NCBI GenBank assembly: GCA_934644965.1
Contig: CAKUDG010000016.1
Coordinates: forward strand, 1,180-65,179
Origin: an uncultured Victivallales bacterium
GTDB taxonomy: Bacteria > Verrucomicrobiota > Lentisphaeria > Victivallales > UBA1829
Direction: 5' to 3'
Length of the DNA stretch: 64,000 nt
Shown here: positions 18,479 to 27,927 of the stretch, one piece after another
Layout: each line of letters begins with the position of its first letter
Numbering within the stretch: the first letter of the stretch is position 1
Position numbers and translations under genes: made by a program
Notes under the pieces: generated by a model
Told to the model about the DNA's origin: nothing
The model's database searches: none
The model's input: the letters and a program-made list of their open reading frames with translations, nothing else

Positions 18479-19595
18479 GGCGGCAGACTCCCGGGATTCC
18501 ATGTTTCCGGGCAAGCGGATGGAAAATCCGCCGTCCGTCGATACCTTCATAAACGCCGTCTTCCCCGCAGCTGTAATCCGGCTGCAGCGGGACTTTCCCT
18601 CCGCCGGAGGGAAGATCAATCGCATACGTCGGAGTGGCGATGGAGGAGAGTCCTGCGCGCAGACTCCTCAATATTTCCAGTCCGCGAGTGACAGGCACGG
18701 CAAAATGCGCCGTCCCGCGGATCGGGTCGGCGCTGAACAGATAATGCGGTTTGATTCTTTCCGAAACCAGTTTTCGGAAAAGACGCTTCAATGTCTCTGC
18801 GTCGTCATTGACTCCCGCCAGCAGAACCGTCTGATTCAGCACGGGAATCCCCCTCAGGCGGATTCGGCGGCAGGCGGACAGACTCCGTTCATCCAGTTCG
18901 TCCGGATGATTGAAATGCGTCACAAACCAGAGTCCTCTGATTTTCCCGAGAGCATCGGTCAGGGCGTCGGTGATCCTCTCGGGGCAGGAGAGCGGCGCCC
19001 GGGTGCAGAGCCGGAGAGTCTCCGTTTTCCCGGAGGCCGAAAGGGTCTGCAGAATTTCAAGCAGCCGTTCATCCGGAAGCGTCAGCGGGTCCCCGCCGGA
19101 TACGAGCACATCTTTCACTTCAGGATGGGATTCCAGATAGGAGGAGATGTCTGAAAGTTCCTTCCCCGTCAGGTCCTTGCGCGAAGATCCCCTTTTCCAG
19201 ATCCTTTTACGGAAGCAGAAACGGCAGTAGCTGAAACAGTCCGAGGCGGCAAGAACCAGAACGCGGTCCGGATAGCGGTGAATCAGGCCGGGGCACGGGC
19301 TCTGTGCCTTTTCTCCGAGACCGTCGTCCTCCAGTCCACATTCCAGGGAAAGCTCTTCCGGAGAGGGGACAAACTGACGCCAGAGGGGATCCCCGGGGCT
19401 CTTCAGAAGATCCCGGCAGTGTCCCGAGATTTTTGCCGGATATGCATCCGTTACATTCCCGAGGGCGGAAATATGCTTTCCCAGCTCGTCTGTATCCATG
19501 GCGTCAAACAATTCTCCGCTATCTGCGGCTTTTTTTGTCTGTTCCGGCCGCTGTTTTCTCTCCGCTGTTTTCCCTCCGCTGTTTTTTCTCCGCAT
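18471..19595 (-). CDS. KamA-family radical SAM aminomutase (lysine 2,3-aminomutase / EpmB-like)
   Basis: PGLIHRYPDRVLVLAASDCFSYCRFCFRKR (CxxxCxxC) and GGDPL. The start is uncertain (19595 or 19499). The 19742 start would overlap pgi. Confidence 0.85.
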   Translation of the reverse strand: MRRKNSGGKTAERKQRPEQTKKAADSGELFDAMDTDELGKHISALGNVTDAYPAKISGHCRDLLKSPGDPLWRQFVPSPEELSLECGLEDDGLGEKAQSPCPGLIHRYPDRVLVLAASDCFSYCRFCFRKRIWKRGSSRKDLTGKELSDISSYLESHPEVKDVLVSGGDPLTLPDERLLEILQTLSASGKTETLRLCTRAPLSCPERITDALTDALGKIRGLWFVTHFNHPDELDERSLSACRRIRLRGIPVLNQTVLLAGVNDDAETLKRLFRKLVSERIKPHYLFSADPIRGTAHFAVPVTRGLEILRSLRAGLSSIATPTYAIDLPSGGGKVPLQPDYSCGEDGVYEGIDGRRIFHPLARKHGIPGVCRHG

Positions 19596-19693
19596 GCTGA
19601 AAGGAGAATGAGAGGGCGGGGGTTGTCCGGGAAAGAGAGGGGGAAAAAAAGAAGTGTTTACGCCCCGTCCATTTCCCGGGCAAGCCGACCGAA

Positions 19694-21301
19694 TCAAGCT
19701 TTCCCGATGCAGTGATAGACCCAGCCCTTGTCTTTGTTCCATTCGCGGGAAAGTTTGAAGTGAAGATCTCTCTTGTCCGTGTTGGCGGAAAGCTTTGCGA
19801 GGATACCGTCAAGCTCGTACTCCCGGTCTTCGAGTCCGAGTTTCAATGCGAATTCGGAAACGGTTCCCGAAAAGGTTCCCAGATCCGAGAGCTTTTTCTC
19901 CAGGTCCAGCAACAGCTGGATTACGCCTTTGCTCGCCAGTTTGTACGCTTGAACGCCCGGCTGGTGGAAGGCATTGATGTGGATCAGTTCCGCGTATGCG
20001 GCGACAGCCCGTTCATACAGGGCAATGAGCATGCCGAGATTGTATTCATCGACCTTTTGAAGGCGCATTTCGATCACGGAACGGTCCTTCTGGCGGAGCG
20101 CGTTGGAAAGCCCCACCAGAAACCCGTGCAGGTAATCGCCCATGCAGATGCCGGGACTTATGGGATCCTTTGCACTGTCTTCCAGGACTTCGATGAAGGT
20201 GACAAAAAAGTCGTTGCGTCCGTCATTGAGCTGCTGGATGAATGCATGGGCGTCCGTTCCGCCCTTGTTCCCGAAGACATTCAAGCCCTGATGAACCGTT
20301 TTCCCGTCCAGATCCTTTTCCTTCCCGAGACTTTCCATCACCAGTTGCTGCAGATAGCGGGACATCAGAATCAGACGGTCCGAATAGGGCACGATCACCA
20401 TGTTTCTGTCCCCCTTCCCGTTTCCCGCGATGTGCCACATTGCCGAAAGCATATAGGCGGGGTTGTGCAGCAGACGGGGCTGACGCGTCAGCGTGTCCAT
20501 GTGGCACGCCCCTTCCAGGAAGGTGCGGAAACGGATTCCGGCGAGCGCGGCCGGAAGATGCCCTACAATGCTCGTTTCACTGGTTCTGCCTCCGATGGAA
20601 TCGGCCATTTCAAAGACTCTCAGCCAGTTCTCCGAGCGGGCAAGCTGATCGAGTTCACTGCCTGCCATCGTGATGGCGCAGGCGTGTCCGGTGAAATCCA
20701 GTCCGGCTTTCGCATAGGCGTCGCGGCAGACCAGCATATTGTTCTTCGTTTCCTGGGTTCCCCCCGACTTGGAAATGTTCACGATCAGGGCGCTCTCCAG
20801 GGGGCAGACATTCATCAGATCGGTCACCCCCGCGGTGTCGGTGTTGTCCAGAAAATAGATCTTGAGATAATTGCGGCGTTTTTCCCGGGAAAGCTCGTTC
20901 CAGTACGGGCCGTTGACGGCCATCTGAAGCAGCTGGGGACCGAGTGCGGAACCGCCGATTCCGTTGATGATCGCGGAGTCGAAAAGTTCGCCTGTGGAGC
21001 TGCGGATCCTGCCGCTGCGGATGTCTTCCACGAAATTTTCCACGGCGGTGAATTCTTCAGAACCGGTATAGACGGAGCGGTCTGTGAAATGCGTGACTTT
21101 CCTGTTTTCGTCGGGATTCTTGATTTCGCCGCGTTCGATTTTCTGCATTTCAGCATGGACTGCCGGAAAACGTTTTTCCAGTTCGTCCAGGCTGGATTCC
21201 TTGAACTGCATTCCTGCGAAGTTCACCTGAAAACCGCTGTCCCCGTCGATAAATGTGTACTTATGGCAGCGTTCAATCCAGTTTCTGGCCGTCAGCGACA
21301 T
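19694..21301 (-). CDS. pgi: Glucose-6-phosphate isomerase
   Basis: Full-length PGI-like ORF with IGGSALGP and GGRTSETS-type SIS motifs and GKEKDLDG...NVFGNKGGTDAHAF. Confidence 0.9.
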   Translation of the reverse strand: MSLTARNWIERCHKYTFIDGDSGFQVNFAGMQFKESSLDELEKRFPAVHAEMQKIERGEIKNPDENRKVTHFTDRSVYTGSEEFTAVENFVEDIRSGRIRSSTGELFDSAIINGIGGSALGPQLLQMAVNGPYWNELSREKRRNYLKIYFLDNTDTAGVTDLMNVCPLESALIVNISKSGGTQETKNNMLVCRDAYAKAGLDFTGHACAITMAGSELDQLARSENWLRVFEMADSIGGRTSETSIVGHLPAALAGIRFRTFLEGACHMDTLTRQPRLLHNPAYMLSAMWHIAGNGKGDRNMVIVPYSDRLILMSRYLQQLVMESLGKEKDLDGKTVHQGLNVFGNKGGTDAHAFIQQLNDGRNDFFVTFIEVLEDSAKDPISPGICMGDYLHGFLVGLSNALRQKDRSVIEMRLQKVDEYNLGMLIALYERAVAAYAELIHINAFHQPGVQAYKLASKGVIQLLLDLEKKLSDLGTFSGTVSEFALKLGLEDREYELDGILAKLSANTDKRDLHFKLSREWNKDKGWVYHCIGKA

Positions 21302-21650
21302 GATATTCTGCTCCTGTTCTGAAATCTTCTGAATCTGTTCTGAAGAACAGCCGATGCGAACGGCTGTCTGTCATGTTTTCCGTTTTTTCTGCAATTCTCC
21401 TTAATATATTCTCTTTCCCTTGAAAATTCAACGTTTCCCCCCGGGAAAATCGCTGTTGTTCCGAAGGGTATCCTGCCGTGGGCGGTCGTTGTGGAGCGGG
21501 GGAGGGTTTTTTCTTGACGTCTCTGAATATCGCCACTGCTGTTGAGTCGTGGGAGACCCTTGTCCCGGGAGAGCGAAGGAAAGAGAACGGGGAAGGAGCA
21601 AAAGGGAAAAGGAGGAGTTTGAGTGAAAAGGATTCGTCTTTTTTTCCTCC

Positions 21651-21682
21651 ATCCTCCCGGGAATGCGCTTTCCCGGGAGGAT
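21651..21682. promoter_or_regulatory. Perfect 13-bp-stem hairpin / palindrome in the pgi-GH32 divergent region
   Basis: ATCCTCCCGGGAA-tgcgct-TTCCCGGGAGGAT, with no U-tract on either strand. Confidence 0.5.
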
Positions 21683-21791
21683 CCCCATGAAAATCTTGTT
21701 CGTGGAACTTGATTCTCCGCCCTGACAGGGTTATCTTGAGTCCGTCTGTGAATTCATGACCCCGGCACATCTTCCCGCGGAGGCGGGGGAA

Positions 21792-21818
21792 GAGCCTGAT
21801 TCCCGGGGAATCAGGCTC
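21792..21818. promoter_or_regulatory. Perfect 12-bp-arm palindrome (possible operator or RNA hairpin)
   Basis: GAGCCTGATTCC-cgg-GGAATCAGGCTC, about 220 nt upstream of the GH32 start. Confidence 0.5.
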
Positions 21819-22016
21819 CGAATATCACCCCCGTTTCAGGATGAAAGCGACTTTTCCAGGAAATTTTCCCGCAATGGGGAAGGAGGAGGGAGAGGGAGGC
21901 ATGTTTCCCTTCCCTGTGTCGTCTTCCCTCAGACATGAGTTATGAACGGGAGAAAAGAATGAAAAGTTCTGCCGGAATCAATATACAAAGGACAAAGGGA
22001 CAAAGTAGTATACAAC

Positions 22017-23411
22017 GTGAAAACGGAAGGAAAACAGCGAATGGTCCGAAATCTGAATCACTGGAAACCGGAGGGGGAATTCTTCGTAGGGGACTGCATG
22101 CCGTTCCGGATCGGAGAAGAGTTTCATTTGTTTTATCTTCTGGATCAGGGGCATCACAATCATCCGCTTGTCGGGCATCTCGGTGGGCACCAGTGGGCGC
22201 ATGCGGTGAGCCGTGATCTGGTGCACTGGGAACACCGGGCTCTGGCGCTTCCGCTTGATTTTGAAGAGGGGGAATGCAGCAACTGCACCGGTTCGCTCCT
22301 GGAAAAGGACGGGAAGATCTATGCGTTTTACGCATTGCGTTCCCGGAAATTCAAGGGGGAGCAGTTCCGGGTCGCAATCAGCCGGGACGGGGGAAACAGC
22401 TTCCGGAAATGGGAGGAACCGCTCCTGAAGACTCCTCCGCCGGGAAGAACGGGCGACTTCCGGGATCCCGAAGCGTTTCTGGGCGAAGACGCGCTGGTGC
22501 ATGTTTTCCTTTCCGGCGCCCGGATCCGCAGCGACGGGTCCATCCATTCCCATACCGGCGAACTGCTCCATTATTCAACGCCGGACCTGATTCATTACCG
22601 TCAGGAGGAATCCGTTCTTCATTCCTGGGCGGTCCCCGAATGCTCCGACTGTTTCCGCTGGAAAGGACGCAGCTATCTTCTCTATGGGAACCTGAATGAA
22701 ACCCGCTGCTGTGTCTCGGAACAGCCTTCCGGCCCCTGGGAAACACCGCGTCTTGACGTCCCCGCCTGCGGGCAGTGCAGGGTCATGAAGACGGCTCCGT
22801 GGAAGGACGGCAGAAGAATCGGAGTCGGCTGGTCGGCCACTCCGGAAAAGGGCGGCGGGCGCTTCCTCTTCGGCGGGCGGACTCTCTTCCGCGAACTGGT
22901 TCAGGAAAAAGACGGTTCCCTCGGGACGGCGTTTGTCCCGGAAATGCTTCCTGTCAAAAACCGGCGGGCCCTGGAGTCCGTGGAAGCGGGGGCTTCCGTC
23001 GGCTGCGAATGGAAGGGGCTCGGAATGCTGCCCGATTCCTTCCGGCTCGACGGGACAATCCGTTTTTCTCCGGAAAAGATTTCCCGCTTCGGGATTGTCG
23101 TCATGGATGCGGAAGGGGAATACAGGCGTTTCGTGGAATTTGATCCGCATGCCGGAATCGTGGAGCTGGACCGGATCCATTCGATCCGTCAGGTGGACCT
23201 GTCTTCCGGAGTCCTTCGCTTCCGTCTGCTCCGCACCCATGAACTGATCGATGTGGAAATCGACGGAAGAAGGACCGTGGCTCTGCCGGGATGCGATTTC
23301 CGGACTGGTGGAGCAGGAGGAGAAGGAGGATGCGCCGTCGCGTTTTATGCCGCAGGGGGAAATGCCGTTCTGGAAAATCCCGTCTGCTTTGACGGTTTGG
23401 ATACACCCTGA
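22017..23411 (+). CDS. Glycoside hydrolase family 32 (beta-fructofuranosidase-like), no signal peptide
   Basis: GH32 blocks are present: nucleophile block FFVGDCMPF..FHLFYL, WAHAVSRDLVHWEH, the RDP motif (GDFRDPEAF), and the EC motif (WAVPECSDCF). An alternative start is at 22041. Confidence 0.8.
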   Translation: MKTEGKQRMVRNLNHWKPEGEFFVGDCMPFRIGEEFHLFYLLDQGHHNHPLVGHLGGHQWAHAVSRDLVHWEHRALALPLDFEEGECSNCTGSLLEKDGKIYAFYALRSRKFKGEQFRVAISRDGGNSFRKWEEPLLKTPPPGRTGDFRDPEAFLGEDALVHVFLSGARIRSDGSIHSHTGELLHYSTPDLIHYRQEESVLHSWAVPECSDCFRWKGRSYLLYGNLNETRCCVSEQPSGPWETPRLDVPACGQCRVMKTAPWKDGRRIGVGWSATPEKGGGRFLFGGRTLFRELVQEKDGSLGTAFVPEMLPVKNRRALESVEAGASVGCEWKGLGMLPDSFRLDGTIRFSPEKISRFGIVVMDAEGEYRRFVEFDPHAGIVELDRIHSIRQVDLSSGVLRFRLLRTHELIDVEIDGRRTVALPGCDFRTGGAGGEGGCAVAFYAAGGNAVLENPVCFDGLDTP

Positions 23412-23594
23412 TCCCACTGATGATCCTCAGATCTGTCAGGTCTGTCAGGTCCGCCTGATTTCCGGATGGAGGGTGGAGCATGGGGTCCCGGATTGTTCCG
23501 TACGCTGCTGTGTCGGGACTCCGTGCCGTCATGGATTTGAGTGCCGGTGCCGATCTGCGGGGAACTTCGGAAGAGGCCGGGTGAGGAAAAACGT

Positions 23595-24563
23595 TCAGCA
23601 GGCGGCGCTTTCTGTCAGGAGAACCACTTTCCCGAGGTTCCGGCATTCCTCAAGCCTTCTCTGAGCTTCCGAAGCGCGTTCGAGCGGAAAGCTGCGGTCG
23701 ATCATGACCCGGATTCTGCCGGAGGAGAGATCCTCCCACAGGAAATCCTTCATGGAACGGAGAATTTCCGCCTTCACCGCATCCGGACGGCTGCGCAAGG
23801 TGCTTCCGATCAGGCGGATTCTGTTTCTGAAAATAATGTCCACGGGGATTTCCGCCTTGGCTCCGCCGAGGGCGGCGATCAGAATCCATCGACCCCAGGG
23901 ATTCATTTTTGCGAGATGTTTTCCGAGATCCGGTCCCCCGACGCAGTCGAGGGCCACATCAATGGGATTCTCCTCCAGGACCCGCCCCAGATCCTCCGTC
24001 TTGCGGTTGACCGCGATGTCCGCCCCGAGGGACCTGACGAATTCCGCTTTTTCCGGACTCCCCACCATGGTGATCACTCTGCATCCGAATTTCTTCATCA
24101 TCTGAATGGCCGCCGATCCGAGTCCGCCGGCGCCCGCCTGGATCAGCACGGTTTCCGATTTCCGGACTTTCGCCTCCATGAAAAAATTCAGATAAGCGGT
24201 GGCGAACACCTCCGGGATTGCCGCGGCCTCCGCCATGGAAAGCCCCTCCGGAACGGGGAGAACCAGATCCTGCGGGACGGCTGTTTTCTCCGCATATCCT
24301 CCTCCCCCCAGCAGGGCGCAGACACGGTCTCCCTTCTGCCATTTCGAGCCCTCAAAACTTTCTTCCACGACTCCCGCGACTTCCAGTCCCGGCCATTCCG
24401 GCCAGCCGTCCGGAGGAGGATAATTCCCCTCCCTCTGCATCAGATCCGCACGGTTGAGTCCCGCTGCTGCGACCCGGATGATGATTTCGTCATTTTTCCG
24501 TACCGGATCCGGCACCTCGCACGGAACCAGATTTTTCTCCTTGTCAATGACCACTGCAATCAT
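23595..24563 (-). CDS. NAD(P)H:quinone oxidoreductase (MDR superfamily, PIG3/Qor-like)
   Basis: AAGLNRADLMQREGNYPPP, and GAGGLGSAAIQ as the Rossmann motif. Confidence 0.85.
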   Translation of the reverse strand: MIAVVIDKEKNLVPCEVPDPVRKNDEIIIRVAAAGLNRADLMQREGNYPPPDGWPEWPGLEVAGVVEESFEGSKWQKGDRVCALLGGGGYAEKTAVPQDLVLPVPEGLSMAEAAAIPEVFATAYLNFFMEAKVRKSETVLIQAGAGGLGSAAIQMMKKFGCRVITMVGSPEKAEFVRSLGADIAVNRKTEDLGRVLEENPIDVALDCVGGPDLGKHLAKMNPWGRWILIAALGGAKAEIPVDIIFRNRIRLIGSTLRSRPDAVKAEILRSMKDFLWEDLSSGRIRVMIDRSFPLERASEAQRRLEECRNLGKVVLLTESAAC

Positions 24564-24742
24564 GAATGCATTCTCCTGTTTTTGATTTCCGTTTTTCCAT
24601 TTTTCTGTTTTTTCCCCTGTCGGGGTGTTTCGGAGCGGGATACAGAGTGCTTTCTCTGTGGATTTTCCATCCCGTTTTCAGATCATCGCTGCGGCGCCGG
24701 AGATTATTTGAGGGGAGGGCGTTTTTTCCCCCTCTGTCATCA

Positions 24743-25777
24743 TCAGCGGGGGATCGTTCCTGAGCGGAGGAACTCGTCCATCCGTTTGTTGACGGGCCAC
24801 TGGCGGTTTCCGGAGCAGCGGGTGATTTCTTTTTTCAGTCCCTCGTAAAGCGGAGTGAGATCTTCCTGACTCATGTTGGCGGCGGCCAGAATTTTGGAGT
24901 TGTCCATGATCCGCGCGAAGAGACGGTCGTATTCCAGCTGCCATCGTGCATGGAGGGCAAAGGGATCGGGATTGAGAAGGCGCAGATAGTCCTCCTTGTC
25001 GATCCAGACGCTTTTCAGCTGACAGATGTCCTTGTAGTAATCGGCGATTTCCCCCCAGGTGTGGTGTTCCGCGGTGGAGACGGTATAGCTTTCCCCGCAG
25101 GCGCTTTCCTGAAAGAGAAGGGAGGCGATCATCCGGGCGACATCGCCCGCCCAGCTCATCGTCGCAGGGACGTTCCTGGCCTGTTCGGGGAGAGGGACGG
25201 CTTTCCCGGCAAAGGCGCGCCCGACTGTGTCGGGCGCTTCCAGCGTCACAAGCTGATAGCGGAGAAAGGAATATGTGACTGCGGGGCGAAGAATGCTCCA
25301 GTTCTTCCGGGGAAGACTGTGAAGAATGTTTTCACCGCGGGCCTTGTAGATGCAGTAGTCGTCGGAATTGCGCAGCATGGGGTTGTCGGACCAGTCGATC
25401 AGGCGCGGGGAACTTTCCTTCACCGGATGTTCCGCGTCCCCGTAGACTCTGTAGCTGGAGAGGTAGAGATAATGATCCGTATGTGCGGAGAGCAGGGGGA
25501 GAAAGTATGTGATCTGGGAAGTCGGGTAGATCAGAAAGTCGATGATTCCGTCATACGCATTTTCGAGCAGACGGGTCAGATGTTCCGGGTTTTTGGCGTC
25601 GAGCCGATGGAATTTCACGTTCGGGAGCTCGGGATTGTCCGGCTCATCCATGGCGACGGCGTCGACCCGGTATTCGCGCTCCGCCAGAAGCGGGACCAGA
25701 TAACGCCCCATGGCGCCTGTCGCTCCGAGAACCAGCACTTTCCTGCAACGGGATGTCTTCTGCTTCTGTTTCATCAT
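24743..25777 (-). CDS. NAD-dependent epimerase/dehydratase family (extended SDR)
   Basis: VLVLGATGAMGRYLV Rossmann motif. The start at MMKQKQK (25777) was verified. Confidence 0.75.
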   Translation of the reverse strand: MMKQKQKTSRCRKVLVLGATGAMGRYLVPLLAEREYRVDAVAMDEPDNPELPNVKFHRLDAKNPEHLTRLLENAYDGIIDFLIYPTSQITYFLPLLSAHTDHYLYLSSYRVYGDAEHPVKESSPRLIDWSDNPMLRNSDDYCIYKARGENILHSLPRKNWSILRPAVTYSFLRYQLVTLEAPDTVGRAFAGKAVPLPEQARNVPATMSWAGDVARMIASLLFQESACGESYTVSTAEHHTWGEIADYYKDICQLKSVWIDKEDYLRLLNPDPFALHARWQLEYDRLFARIMDNSKILAAANMSQEDLTPLYEGLKKEITRCSGNRQWPVNKRMDEFLRSGTIPR

Positions 25778-25909
25778 CTGGACTTGTGTTCCTTTCTTTG
25801 CCGCCGGAATGGGCGGAGTTTTTTTCCTGATTGTCGGGAGGCATTGTTTTTTTCCCGGTTTCCGCACTCTTTGCCTTGGCTCTTTTCCTTCCGCCTGTTT
25901 CGAGGAGCC

Positions 25910-26938
25910 TCAGGGAGAGGCGGTGAAAATTCCTTCCTTCCGGTCTTCCGGGAATCCCCGGCAGAGGTGTCCGAGAATCCGGACACGTCCGTCATACGCG
26001 AGATTCCAGTCCCCGGTCCGGGAACTGAGCACCACGGCGGCGAAGCCGTTTTCCGGATCCACGCAGAGACTCTGCCCCGTGAATCCGGAGTGGTAGACCG
26101 TTTGAGTGGAAAGTCCCCGGGGCCGATGCTCTGCGGACATGTCCCATCCGAAACTGCGTCTCGCTCCGTTTTTTTCAAAGGAACACGTGAGCATGAGCCG
26201 ATAGTATTCCGGCGGGAAACATTCCCGGCGGAGGAGGTCTCCTGCAAACAGGAGCAGATCCGCCGCGGTGGAAAAACAGCTCCCGCTCCCGAGCGGCCTC
26301 TTGTAGCGGAAACAGACTTCATCGTTATGCTGTCCCGGCGGGCGGTTCGGTTCCCAGTGTTCCACCTCATGCGGGCCGTCTCCGGGCGGATCCCAGGTGC
26401 TGCTGAGCATCCCGAGCGGCTTCCAGATCCGTTCCCGCGCCAGAGTCCCCAGGTCCGTTCCGGAGAGGCGTTCGGCGATTTTCCCGAGAAGAATGTAGTT
26501 GGAACAGGCGTATTCAAACGCTTCCCCGCGCGGACGGACCGGGAGTTTCCGGAAGAGTTTTTCATCAAACACGGCAGGATCACCGGATAGATACGGCTTG
26601 CTGTTGTCGAACCCGGACGCATGGACGGCCAGATCGCGCACGGTGACAGCACAGTTCTTCCCCAGAATGTGTTCCGGGAGATATTCCGTGAACGGCGCAT
26701 CGGGATCCAGCCTGCCCTCCGCCGCGAGCATGGAACAGCATGCGGCGGTAAAGACTTTCCCGACGGAAGCGATGTCAAAACGCGATTCCGCCGTCATCGG
26801 ACATTCGGATCCGCTGACGCGCTGCTTCCCCACTGCGGTGATTTCTCCCCCCGCCGTCCCGAACACCATTCCCTGAACCAGTCCCTCTTCCATCTGCTTC
26901 CAGGCTTCACGGACGGCATTTTCAAGCGCTCTGTTCAT
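25910..26938 (-). CDS. Serine hydrolase, beta-lactamase/transpeptidase-like family
   Basis: FDIASVGKVFTA (SxxK), YSNYILLG-like (CSNYILLG), HSGFTGQS. Confidence 0.8.
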   Translation of the reverse strand: MNRALENAVREAWKQMEEGLVQGMVFGTAGGEITAVGKQRVSGSECPMTAESRFDIASVGKVFTAACCSMLAAEGRLDPDAPFTEYLPEHILGKNCAVTVRDLAVHASGFDNSKPYLSGDPAVFDEKLFRKLPVRPRGEAFEYACSNYILLGKIAERLSGTDLGTLARERIWKPLGMLSSTWDPPGDGPHEVEHWEPNRPPGQHNDEVCFRYKRPLGSGSCFSTAADLLLFAGDLLRRECFPPEYYRLMLTCSFEKNGARRSFGWDMSAEHRPRGLSTQTVYHSGFTGQSLCVDPENGFAAVVLSSRTGDWNLAYDGRVRILGHLCRGFPEDRKEGIFTASP

Positions 26939-27153
26939 CGTTTCTGCATGTCCTTTCCGTTGTTTGCAGGATTGGATTGAATGGAGTCCCGTTTCCGTTT
27001 TTTTCTTCCGGATTCCGGTCCTGATTCCTCCTTCTCTTGTGCTCTGCTTTCTTTTTTCATCATACGCATGCGTTTTTTTCTTTATTCCGGGCTTCTTTTC
27101 CGCGATGCGCTTCCGGTCTGCGCAAAGGAGGACTTATCCAGGAAGGAATGGCC

Positions 27154-27927
27154 TCAGCAGGGGAGATGGTTCATAAAAGTCTTCAGTGAACGGATGGTCG
27201 GCTGCGTCATCAGCGAGGCGGCCCTGTACTCGTGCACGCCGAAGACCACCGAACAGCCGAAGACCGCACCCAGAAAACGGTGCTGACGGCTCCAGGAACC
27301 GTTGCAGAGATGAATGAAGGGAGTCTTCATTTCCCGCTTCAGCAGCAGTGTTGTCCGGATCGCCTCCAGGAATTCCTCCTCGCTGTTGACTCCCGTGACG
27401 ATTTTCACGATATCGGCCCCCCGTTTTTCCTGGCATCGGAGGTGTTCGAGCACCTCCTCCGCGCTCCGTGCCTGCCCCATGTGGGAGGACATCACCACCC
27501 GGGCCCCCAGCGAATGGATCTGTTCAATGAGCTTCTCCTGTTTCGCGACGGCCGCGGGGTCATGCGTCAGTTCAAAGGGCGAGGGATCATACAAGTCTCC
27601 CATCACATCGATCACATCCGCGCCCGCCCTGGCGGCGTCGAGCAGGAAACTCTGTCTTTCCTCGTCCTTTCCTCCAAGCCACTGGTCGTTCCGGTAGAGG
27701 ATGAACATGAAAGGAAGGCGGACTTCATTCATCATCCGGCGGAACTGCTCTTCCGTACGGAATTCCGGGGGGAGTTTCCCGAGTTCGACGGCGATGCCGT
27801 CGGCGCCGTCAAATTCCGCGTTGCGCGCGTCCGCGATGATTTCCTCCGGAGTTGCTCCGCCTGTCAGCAGAAAGACAGCCGCCCTGCTCCGTGAAAAAGA
27901 CGGAATCCCTGTTTCATTCTTCCACAT
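27154..27927 (-). CDS. Type I 3-dehydroquinate dehydratase (AroD)-like TIM-barrel protein
   Basis: VMSSHMGQARSAEEVLEHL...GADIVKIVTGV matches the SxH ... GADIxKIA catalytic His/Lys blocks of type I DHQase. The substrate is not certain. Confidence 0.65.
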   Translation of the reverse strand: MWKNETGIPSFSRSRAAVFLLTGGATPEEIIADARNAEFDGADGIAVELGKLPPEFRTEEQFRRMMNEVRLPFMFILYRNDQWLGGKDEERQSFLLDAARAGADVIDVMGDLYDPSPFELTHDPAAVAKQEKLIEQIHSLGARVVMSSHMGQARSAEEVLEHLRCQEKRGADIVKIVTGVNSEEEFLEAIRTTLLLKREMKTPFIHLCNGSWSRQHRFLGAVFGCSVVFGVHEYRAASLMTQPTIRSLKTFMNHLPC

